Source: a virus (Duplodnaviria > Caudoviricetes). From it: a DNA stretch of 34,554 nucleotides. Positions 25,068 to 32,396 of this stretch are shown in pieces; positions within the stretch are counted from its first letter, which is position 1, and each line of letters starts with the position of its first letter. The translations under genes and the position numbers were made by a program. The notes beneath the pieces were generated by a model. It did no database searches. It worked only from the letters and a program-made list of their open reading frames with translations, and was not told the origin of the DNA. The stretch lies in the IMG/VR virus record IMGVR_UViG_3300020045_006982, positions 1 to 34,554 of that record; one strand, 5' to 3'.

Positions 25068-25317
25068 AATAACAAACGTAAATCAAAACGAACTAAACAG
25101 GGTAATTCGATTAATGAATGTACCCACAACGATTTTAAGCAAAAGAAAACAATATTTAGATACATATAGTCAGGAGTTATTATTTAAGCATTTAAAAGAC
25201 ATTAGAATAAGTAAAGTAGAATTTGAATTTATTGTGCTGCCTTCTAAAATGAATAAATCTACTCCAGAGTATAGTAGGGAGGAATTTATAAAGAAAGGTT
25301 ATTTAGAATGTGTATAA
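25030..25317 (+). CDS. Hypothetical protein
   Basis: 95-aa ORF. Confidence 0.6.
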   Translation: MLSNLLLIKQLTKITNVNQNELNRVIRLMNVPTTILSKRKQYLDTYSQELLFKHLKDIRISKVEFEFIVLPSKMNKSTPEYSREEFIKKGYLECV

Positions 25318-25327
25318 ATTATATCAT

Positions 25328-25361
25328 TTTGTTAAAGTGAATGATTTTTTATTTATCTTTA
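25328..25361 (+). promoter_or_regulatory. Possible sigma-70 promoter TTTG-N22-TATCTTTA
   Basis: Variant -7 box in an intergenic gap; leader aatcactaaaa resembles 16238-16248. Confidence 0.45.
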
Positions 25362-25391
25362 AATATTGAAAATCACTAAAAAATAGGAATT

Positions 25392-25601
25392 ATGACTAAA
25401 GCGCAATTATTTGGAAAATTAACTAATTTACATAAAGCTAATTTTTTAATTGAAATAAAAAACGAAGGGATTGAATTAACTCCTTGTTTAATGGAAACAA
25501 GAGAATTATTTATTAATTCAGAATATAAAAGATTAAATAATTTAGGATTAAATATAATTATTACGGGTAAAAAATATAAAAAAATATTAATAAAAATATA
25601 A
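25392..25601 (+). CDS. Hypothetical protein
   Basis: 69-aa ORF. Confidence 0.6.
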   Translation: MTKAQLFGKLTNLHKANFLIEIKNEGIELTPCLMETRELFINSEYKRLNNLGLNIIITGKKYKKILIKI

Positions 25602-25602
25602 T

Positions 25603-25869
25603 ATGAAATTAAACCTAACTCAAGAACAAGAAAATAAACTAAGCGGTTTACATATGACCGAAGAAAGCAAAATTAGAATAGTGAAAAACCTACTTGACAG
25701 ATATGAAAGAAAAAATAAAGAATTAAAAAAGTACAGAGATTGCAGTTCTTTGAAAGATGGATGGCAAACTTCTGTATTAGCAAAAAAGCAAAAAAAAGCA
25801 GAAGAATTATCTAAAGAAATATCTATAATTAGATATGTACTTTTTAACGATTGGAATATAGAAATATAA
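25603..25869 (+). CDS. Hypothetical protein
   Basis: 88-aa ORF. Confidence 0.65.
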   Translation: MKLNLTQEQENKLSGLHMTEESKIRIVKNLLDRYERKNKELKKYRDCSSLKDGWQTSVLAKKQKKAEELSKEISIIRYVLFNDWNIEI

Positions 25870-25872
25870 ATT

Positions 25873-26079
25873 ATGACAAACACAAAACACCAACAAATCC
25901 TAAAAGACCTGATTAAACTTTCAGGTCTTTCACAACGCAAATACGCAGCTAAACACGGAATTAAAGATGTTAAATTATCTCATTGGCTCAGTGGGTATAG
26001 AAACATTCAATTCTGTACGCTTGAATTGTTTGCATTTGATGATGGATATAAAATTAATTTAAAATTAGAGAAGTTATGA
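25873..26079 (+). CDS. XRE-family HTH regulator
   Basis: SGLSQRKYAAKHGIKDVKLSHWLSGYRNI. Confidence 0.7.
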   Translation: MTNTKHQQILKDLIKLSGLSQRKYAAKHGIKDVKLSHWLSGYRNIQFCTLELFAFDDGYKINLKLEKL

Positions 26080-26351
26080 AAAAGATTATAGACATTAAAG
26101 AAACAATTATTGATTATGCCTTTACTCCAATTTACGAAAACTCAAAAAAAATAGAAGTAGAGTCAGGGAAATTTGCACATAAAGGATATGTTAAACAAAT
26201 ATTTTTTTTAAAAGATATTTATAAAAACGGGAACCCTACAGGTAAAACAGAGAGAATATATCTCGATGTAGCACATTTAAAATTAATAATTAAAGAGTGC
26301 GAAGAAATAGAAAAACTTGAAACTATAAAAGAAATAGACGAATGGTATTAG
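26076..26351 (+). CDS. Hypothetical protein
   Basis: Coupled ORF. Confidence 0.65.
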   Translation: MKKIIDIKETIIDYAFTPIYENSKKIEVESGKFAHKGYVKQIFFLKDIYKNGNPTGKTERIYLDVAHLKLIIKECEEIEKLETIKEIDEWY

Positions 26352-26373
26352 CAATCGATAAAAACACGATAAA

Positions 26374-26874
26374 ATGAAAATCACTAAAGAACAAAAACAA
26401 AGAATTTTAGAATTAGATCCAAATTTTTTTAATGAGAAGTTGGAGGAAGGAAGGTGGTATAAATCTGCAGCAGGATCTATATTTAATTATCGAAAAGGAA
26501 ATAATGTTTATGGTTTTTTATTAGGAGTCTGGAACTATGAAAATTGGGAATGGCATAGTACAAATGTTAAATTAGCCACCAACCAAGAAGTGCTCGAAGC
26601 ATTGACTAAAGACGCGGTTAAGAGAGGATATTTAGAAAACATTAAAAATATAGATTGTCTTTGTGATTTTAATAAAGCAGAATCACAAGAACACTATCAA
26701 ACCCCTCCAAGATTTTATTATGAAGAAAGTTGTAATAAATTATGGATTTGTGACGCTTCTTATTTAGATATTTGTGTTTTTTATAATGGACAATGGGCCC
26801 AACTTCTAAAACCAAAACAAATGACTATCCAAGAAATTGAAAAAGAATTAGGATATAATATTGAAATTGTATGA
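26374..26874 (+). CDS. Hypothetical phage protein
   Basis: 166 aa; C-terminal MTIQEIEKELGY.IEIV motif. Confidence 0.7.
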   Translation: MKITKEQKQRILELDPNFFNEKLEEGRWYKSAAGSIFNYRKGNNVYGFLLGVWNYENWEWHSTNVKLATNQEVLEALTKDAVKRGYLENIKNIDCLCDFNKAESQEHYQTPPRFYYEESCNKLWICDASYLDICVFYNGQWAQLLKPKQMTIQEIEKELGYNIEIV

Positions 26875-27029
26875 GAAAATCAAACGCATTGTTGTTGTTA
26901 ATTATTGCAAATATTATAATGTTTTATATTGATACAAGATTAATTCCTAATATAGTTATTAGGATTCAAGTTTGTATTTTAGTTGTTGGATATTTTATTA
27001 TTAAACAATTAGAAGAAAATCAAAAATAA
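26871..27029 (+). CDS. 52-aa two-TM membrane protein (not in track)
   Basis: ATGA overlap; two hydrophobic stretches. Confidence 0.5.
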   Translation: MRKSNALLLLIIANIIMFYIDTRLIPNIVIRIQVCILVVGYFIIKQLEENQK

Positions 27030-27033
27030 TTTA

Positions 27034-27041
27034 TATCTTTG
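27034..27041 (+). promoter_or_regulatory. Sigma-70 -7 box TATCTTTG upstream of the sigma-factor gene
   Basis: Consensus match 60 nt before the ATG at 27102. Confidence 0.6.
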
Positions 27042-27101
27042 AATTTCATAATTTCTATCCCGGTGACTGTTTAGACGGGGAATGGGGTTAGATTTAAAAG
27101 T

Positions 27102-27587
27102 ATGATCCATCAACTTGCATTAAAAGATTCTTTTTGGAGAAAAACAGCCTTAATAATATGCAAGGATAAAATGCTATCGGATGATTTAGTCAATGATATG
27201 TATCTTAAGCTATACGATTGTCAGAAAGAAATTAATGATTTTTATGTAATTAGGACTATACGGAATTTATTCTTAGATCATATTAAACAAAAAAACAACG
27301 TTAGTATTGAATTATTTTATAACTTAGCAGAATCAAGTAATGACTTTCAGCCAGATGATTATGAATTATCAATCATTCAAGAGTGTGAAAAATTACCATA
27401 CTTACAAAATGGATTGTTAAAAGAAAGTTATGATCTAAGTGTTAGGCAAATTTCAGAAAAGTACAAGTATATTAATTACGGATTAATTCATAGAGAATTA
27501 GATAAAGCAAGGAAAACAATTTTAGGAAACGATATTGATTTATATAAAAATAAACGTTTGAAAAATGGCAAGACCAATAAAAGATAA
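27102..27587 (+). CDS. ECF-like RNA polymerase sigma factor (late regulator candidate)
   Basis: SDDLVNDMYLKL and IRNLFLDHIK (region 2); EKLPY...SVRQISEKYKYINYGLIHRELDKARK (region 4). Confidence 0.75.
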   Translation: MIHQLALKDSFWRKTALIICKDKMLSDDLVNDMYLKLYDCQKEINDFYVIRTIRNLFLDHIKQKNNVSIELFYNLAESSNDFQPDDYELSIIQECEKLPYLQNGLLKESYDLSVRQISEKYKYINYGLIHRELDKARKTILGNDIDLYKNKRLKNGKTNKR

Positions 27588-27933
27588 AGGTTTAGGAGAT
27601 ACTGTTGAACGCATTATAAAAGCAACCGGATTACAAATATTTGTCGAAGGTAAAGACTGTGGATGTGAAAAGCGTAAAGAAAAGCTGAACGAGTTGTTTC
27701 CGTATCGATTTAAAGCAAGATGTTTAACCGAAGATGAATATAATAGTTGGAGGGAATTTAAAGCATTACGAACACTTACAATAAGTCGAGAGCAAGTTAA
27801 TTATGTTTGCGAATTGTATGCTTCAGTATTTAATAGACAACTTTGGAAGCCAGACTGTGCAGGATGCGGGGCAAAACCTTTAATTTCAATGATTGATAAA
27901 TTAGATAAAGTTTATGATAGTTATGGAGGGTAG
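27565..27933 (+). CDS. Conserved Cys-containing phage protein upstream of terminase
   Basis: GLGDTV..I..ATG...DCGCEKRKEKLN.LFPY...CAGC. Confidence 0.7.
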   Translation: MARPIKDKGLGDTVERIIKATGLQIFVEGKDCGCEKRKEKLNELFPYRFKARCLTEDEYNSWREFKALRTLTISREQVNYVCELYASVFNRQLWKPDCAGCGAKPLISMIDKLDKVYDSYGG

Positions 27934-28333
27934 ACCAAGAAATATTGATAGTCCAGAAACTTTATGGAATCTTTTCGTTGCTTATAAAGATGATTTAGAA
28001 AGCAAAGAAGATGAATGGTTAAAGGTTCAGTATGTTGGAAAAGATGGTGACAGAGTAGTTGATAGTTTAAAACTACCTTTAACAATTGAGGGATTTAAAC
28101 GTTATTGTTGGGACGTTGAAATAGGATGTGTTGAACAATATTTTAAGAATTTAAACGATGCTTACGCAGAGTTTTTACCCATCTGTTCACGTATAAAGAC
28201 TTCAATCAGAGAAAATCAAATAACAGGTGGATTGCTCGGAGTATTCAATGCTAGTATTACCCAACGATTAAATGGATTAGCCGAACAATCAGAAGTCACA
28301 CAAAAAACAGAACAACCCTTATTTGGTGATTAA
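27914..28333 (+). CDS. terS: Terminase small subunit (P22 gp3-like)
   Basis: GRPR...SPE.LW, PLTIEGF, G.FNASITQRLNGL; TAATG-coupled to TerL. Confidence 0.8.
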   Translation: MIVMEGRPRNIDSPETLWNLFVAYKDDLESKEDEWLKVQYVGKDGDRVVDSLKLPLTIEGFKRYCWDVEIGCVEQYFKNLNDAYAEFLPICSRIKTSIRENQITGGLLGVFNASITQRLNGLAEQSEVTQKTEQPLFGD

Positions 28334-29526
28334 TGTTTATATACACAACCGCAATTAAAAAACTTAGAGCTATCAAGGCTCGTATAAAAGTAATTCAAGG
28401 AGGCACATCCGCAGGTAAAACATACGGAATCGTGCCTTTACTTATTGATAAAGCTATCAAAGGAAGCAACTTAAAAATAACAATCGTTGCAGAAACTTTA
28501 CCAGCAGTCAAGGAAGGTGCTTTAGATATTTTTAAAACAGTAATGTTTGATACTAACAGATGGATTGAAAAGAACTGGAATGCTTCGAGTTTAACTTATA
28601 CATTTACTTCAAAAAGCCGTATTCAATTTAAAAGTTATGATAGTGTAGGTAAGGCAAAATCAGGAGGAAAGAGGGATATATTATTTTTAAATGAAGCAAA
28701 TCATATTCCATTTGATATTGCAGATACCTTGATGATACGTTCAAAAGAAACTTGGATTGACTATAATCCAGACAATGAATTTTGGGTGCATACCGAAGTA
28801 CTGCCAGAACATAACAGCGAATTCTTATTACTTACTTATCACGATAACGAAGCATTACCGGCTGAAACATTAGAAGATTTACTTATTAAACAAACTAAAG
28901 CTTTTTTTGATGTTAATAAAGATTGGAAAGACCCTGCAAATATTAAAAATTCGTACTGGGCAAACTGGTGTTACGTTTATATCCTTGGAGAAATAGGAAA
29001 TTTAGAAGGTGTTATCTTTAATAATTGGAAATTAATTGATTCTATTCCAATAGAAGCAAGATTGATTGGTTACGGTTTAGATTTTGGGTATAGCAATGAC
29101 CCTACCGCAATAGTCGAAATTTACAAATGGAACGACAAAAGAATTTTAAACGAAATTTGTTATCAAAAAGGATTGAGTAACTCAGATATTGCGAAGAAAA
29201 TCAATACTAAAATGGTTTGTTATTGCGATAGTGCAGAGCCTAAGTCCATTCGGGAACTAACTGAAAACGGAATAAATGCGCGTCCGGTTACCAAGGGGAG
29301 CGACTCGATTAATTATGGTATTCAAATAATTCAAAACAATGAATACTTAGTAACATCAAAAAGCCTTAACATCATAACCGAGTTAAGAAAATATGCGTGG
29401 GATAAAGATAAAAAGACAGGAGATAAACTAAACAAACCTATTGACAATTATAACCACGCTATGGATGCGTGGAGATACCACGAAATGGAATCGCTAGGAC
29501 GTAAGATTGCACACGACATACGCTAA
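28333..29526 (+). CDS. terL: Terminase large subunit (PBSX-like)
   Basis: QGGTSAGKT Walker A, LFLNEA Walker B, DYNP, GLDFG, DSAEP, NHAMDAWRY. Confidence 0.93.
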   Translation: MFIYTTAIKKLRAIKARIKVIQGGTSAGKTYGIVPLLIDKAIKGSNLKITIVAETLPAVKEGALDIFKTVMFDTNRWIEKNWNASSLTYTFTSKSRIQFKSYDSVGKAKSGGKRDILFLNEANHIPFDIADTLMIRSKETWIDYNPDNEFWVHTEVLPEHNSEFLLLTYHDNEALPAETLEDLLIKQTKAFFDVNKDWKDPANIKNSYWANWCYVYILGEIGNLEGVIFNNWKLIDSIPIEARLIGYGLDFGYSNDPTAIVEIYKWNDKRILNEICYQKGLSNSDIAKKINTKMVCYCDSAEPKSIRELTENGINARPVTKGSDSINYGIQIIQNNEYLVTSKSLNIITELRKYAWDKDKKTGDKLNKPIDNYNHAMDAWRYHEMESLGRKIAHDIR

Positions 29527-29554
29527 TAACAATAATCCAAATTAATAGTTTAAT
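29527..29554 (+). promoter_or_regulatory. Candidate late promoter TAACAA-N15-GTTTAAT, copy 3
   Basis: Motif match; ATG at 29558 follows 3 nt later. Confidence 0.7.
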
Positions 29555-29557
29555 AGT

Positions 29558-30205
29558 ATGAAAATTATTTTACCAGAATCAATACACGATATTACTCTAC
29601 ATCAATTTCAATTGTACAACGAACTATTGGAAAGAACTAATCTCGACGAATACAATTTCAATAAAAGAAAGATACAAATATTTACGGGATTGGAACGTAA
29701 TAGAATTGAATTAATAAGCGCAATTGACTACAAAGAAATTACCGAACAAATTGACTTAGCATTAAATCAAACAGTAGAATTTAAACCTACTTTTTTTATT
29801 AAGGATGTTGAGTTTGGATTTATCCCTAACCTTGATAAAATGACACAAGGCGAGTTTATTGATGTTTCAACTTACGGAACAGACGTAAAAGAAACGCACA
29901 AACTTATGGCTGTTTTATTTAGACCAATTAAAAATAAAGATGCTATAGGTAATTATGAAATCATCAATTATCAAGGCACAAAGCAATATGCCGACATAAT
30001 GAAACATATGCCTTTGTCAATTGTAAATGGTGCATTGGTTTTTTTTTCGAGTTTAGCCAACGAATTAGTGAATTATACGGCGAAATATATGCAGGTGGAA
30101 CAGGCGAAGGAAAAAGCGCAGCAGACTACTTCGAGAAATGGGGGTGGTATGCGACAATTGAAGAATTGGCTAAAGGTAAGATTTGGAAAATTGATGGTAT
30201 CTTAA
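29558..30205 (+). CDS. Tail assembly chaperone-like protein (0-frame product)
   Basis: FGFIPNLD.MT.GEFID, MAVLFRP, GALVFF over a T9 slippery run. Confidence 0.65.
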   Translation: MKIILPESIHDITLHQFQLYNELLERTNLDEYNFNKRKIQIFTGLERNRIELISAIDYKEITEQIDLALNQTVEFKPTFFIKDVEFGFIPNLDKMTQGEFIDVSTYGTDVKETHKLMAVLFRPIKNKDAIGNYEIINYQGTKQYADIMKHMPLSIVNGALVFFSSLANELVNYTAKYMQVEQAKEKAQQTTSRNGGGMRQLKNWLKVRFGKLMVS

Positions 30206-30309
30206 AAATGAATGTACACGAAGTAAATTTATTTCTTTGTCATAAAATAGACAAGCAGAAATTGAAACACAAAATAATGACGCAAACCAATAACAGTATT
30301 GAATTATGA
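30040..30309 (+). CDS. -1 frameshift extension of 29558 (FEFSQRISELY...FEKWGWYATIEELAKG...NSIEL)
   Basis: T_TTT_TTT at 30040-30046; -1 frame open for 89 codons with no early ATG; its TGA overlaps the next ATG. Confidence 0.75.
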   Translation, partial: FFFEFSQRISELYGEIYAGGTGEGKSAADYFEKWGWYATIEELAKGKIWKIDGILKMNVHEVNLFLCHKIDKQKLKHKIMTQTNNSIEL

Positions 30310-30761
30310 ACCAGCTAACAACACTTTACTACTATCTTAAAGGATTGGCCGAAGATGATGCCTTGGTAAATTCAGTTATGAAAACAGTAGATATTGATTT
30401 AAAGAAAGAAGTAATGTTTCCTTTGGTTAATATTAATATTATATCCGGTGCATTTACTAATGGACAAACGGTGCAATTCAATATAGAATTGGCTTGTTTT
30501 AATCAACGTGATATTAATAAAGAAATTAATGTAGATGATTTCTGGGGGCAAGATAATGAAGTAGACAACCATAATTTATGCGTAGGAGTTCTGAATCGTA
30601 TGTGGCTAAAAATGTACACGGACTTTGAAGATAATAATATAACCTCAAGTGAAAACCCATCATTTGAATTGGGTTCTTTTGAAGGGGCAAAATTAGTTGA
30701 TGGAGCTAGATTAACATTTACTATCGAAGTGCCTAATACAGAATTAAGTTTATGTCAGTAG
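30306..30761 (+). CDS. Tail completion/terminator-like protein
   Basis: Acidic 151 aa, FPLVNI, G..LTFTIEVPN; tail operon. Confidence 0.55.
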   Translation: MNQLTTLYYYLKGLAEDDALVNSVMKTVDIDLKKEVMFPLVNINIISGAFTNGQTVQFNIELACFNQRDINKEINVDDFWGQDNEVDNHNLCVGVLNRMWLKMYTDFEDNNITSSENPSFELGSFEGAKLVDGARLTFTIEVPNTELSLCQ

Positions 30762-31279
30762 TCGATGAATTAAACAAGTTTGGTGCTTATGTACAACAAC
30801 AAGCCAAATCGAATCTTTCAAAAAAGAAAAAGAAAGACACGTCTAAACTTTACAACGGGATTAATTACAAGACAACCGAAACAAAGGATGGCGCAATACT
30901 AAGTTTCGATTTCAAGGATGCTAATGATTATTGGGAGTTTGTGGATAAAGGAGTAAAAGGTGTTTCAAGTTCATTAAAAGCACCTAACAGCCCTTTTAAA
31001 TTTGGAACAGGAACAGGTAAAAAAGGCGGTTTGACAAGTGGAATCAATGGTTGGGTATCACGTAAACGGATTCAATTTAAAGATAGGAGGACAGGAAAAT
31101 TTCTTTCGTACAAGTCAACCGCCTTTTTGATTATGAGAAGCATTTGGCATAAAGGACTTGAAACAACTAATTTTTTTACCAAACCATTTGAGGCAGCATT
31201 CAAAAGATTACCAGATGATATTTATGCAGCGTACGGATTAGAAGTTGAAAAACAAATTAAAATAGCATTGAAATTATGA
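30752..31279 (+). CDS. Neck/tail completion protein (HK97 gp10-like)
   Basis: Basic; YWEFVDKGVKG, W..RKRI, RSI..KG...T.FFTKPFE. Confidence 0.6.
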   Translation: MSVVDELNKFGAYVQQQAKSNLSKKKKKDTSKLYNGINYKTTETKDGAILSFDFKDANDYWEFVDKGVKGVSSSLKAPNSPFKFGTGTGKKGGLTSGINGWVSRKRIQFKDRRTGKFLSYKSTAFLIMRSIWHKGLETTNFFTKPFEAAFKRLPDDIYAAYGLEVEKQIKIALKL

Positions 31280-31347
31280 TATATTATACAATACCATTCT
31301 TAATATGGTTGTTTTTGGCTTATTTAATATTATTCTATAAAGATTAA
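31276..31347 (+). CDS. 23-aa TM peptide (MIYYTIPFLIWLFLAYLILFYKD)
   Basis: ATGA overlap; fills the gap before 31353. Confidence 0.4.
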   Translation: MIYYTIPFLIWLFLAYLILFYKD

Positions 31348-31352
31348 AAATT

Positions 31353-32396
31353 ATGATAAAATCATTATCGCCATATTACTTATACACCCCTTGGATTAGT
31401 CCACTAACATCGGTTGTATCGACTTCATATACTTTACGTGTTTATGTTTGGGATGGTTTAAAGGTATCGCCTCCATCAACAGCAAGTTATACAATGACTA
31501 AACCAAACTTGGCTACATCGTCAGGAACGGATAAACTGGATATTTCACAATTGATAAATGACTACATCGACTTTGAACCCAACGGCAACAATCAAAGATG
31601 GGTTAAAACAACAGTTGTTTACACTACAGCTGACGAAGATGATTTAGATGTGGTTCAATTAGCTTCTACTAAATTAATGCTGCAAGGGTATGGCGGTGGA
31701 TTGGATGGAGAGAATGCACAACCACCAACGAATAAAATATTGATTTCCGGTACTGAATTTAAAGTATTTAGAAACGGATATTTTAATTTCCCTTTTATAA
31801 TTAGTGAATCCGATACGGTTAGTGTAACGGTAAAATCATATCCTGATTTAAATATAAACGATACCCACACTTATTTACCAACTACAAACAACGCTAGTTT
31901 GGTTAAAAATATATTAGTCGATTTATCTTTGTCTTTAGGTGATGAAGTTGTAGAAATAATTTATAACGATGTTGTCACAAGTTTATTAATTACAGACGAA
32001 TGTAGATATTCTCCTTTAGACATTGCCTTTCAAAACAAAGAAGGCGCGTTACAATTCATTACTTTTTTTAAAGCTAAAACAGAATCGTTAAACGTAACAG
32101 GCGAAGAGTTTCAAACAGACAGAGGACAGGCTATTGATGGATTTCATCAAATGGTAACTTACAATGTTCAAGGCAATTCCAAGTTTAAAATGAACAGTGG
32201 TTTTGTTGACGAGTCAATAAATGAAACTATGAAGCAGTTGTTTTTAAGCGAGCGAGTTTGGCAGTTCGACGGTACAAATTACATCCCTTTGAAACTTGGA
32301 TCTAAATCTTTAGAGTATAAAACCAGAATGAAAGACCGCTTAATTAATTATGAAGTAGAATTTGAATATGCTTTTAATGAAATAAACAATCAATAA
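31353..32396 (+). CDS. Minor tail/distal tail-like protein
   Basis: SPYY N-terminus, F.NK.GA, NSGFV.E, QLFLSERVW, LINY.VEFEYAF; TAATG-coupled to the next gene. Confidence 0.65.
   Translation: MIKSLSPYYLYTPWISPLTSVVSTSYTLRVYVWDGLKVSPPSTASYTMTKPNLATSSGTDKLDISQLINDYIDFEPNGNNQRWVKTTVVYTTADEDDLDVVQLASTKLMLQGYGGGLDGENAQPPTNKILISGTEFKVFRNGYFNFPFIISESDTVSVTVKSYPDLNINDTHTYLPTTNNASLVKNILVDLSLSLGDEVVEIIYNDVVTSLLITDECRYSPLDIAFQNKEGALQFITFFKAKTESLNVTGEEFQTDRGQAIDGFHQMVTYNVQGNSKFKMNSGFVDESINETMKQLFLSERVWQFDGTNYIPLKLGSKSLEYKTRMKDRLINYEVEFEYAFNEINNQ

Noticed and set aside
27055-27091. GC-rich patch in the sigma-gene leader as a tRNA or a third kissing-loop leader
   Set aside because: Only a weak tccc/ggga stem; no cloverleaf, no complementary loops and no U tract
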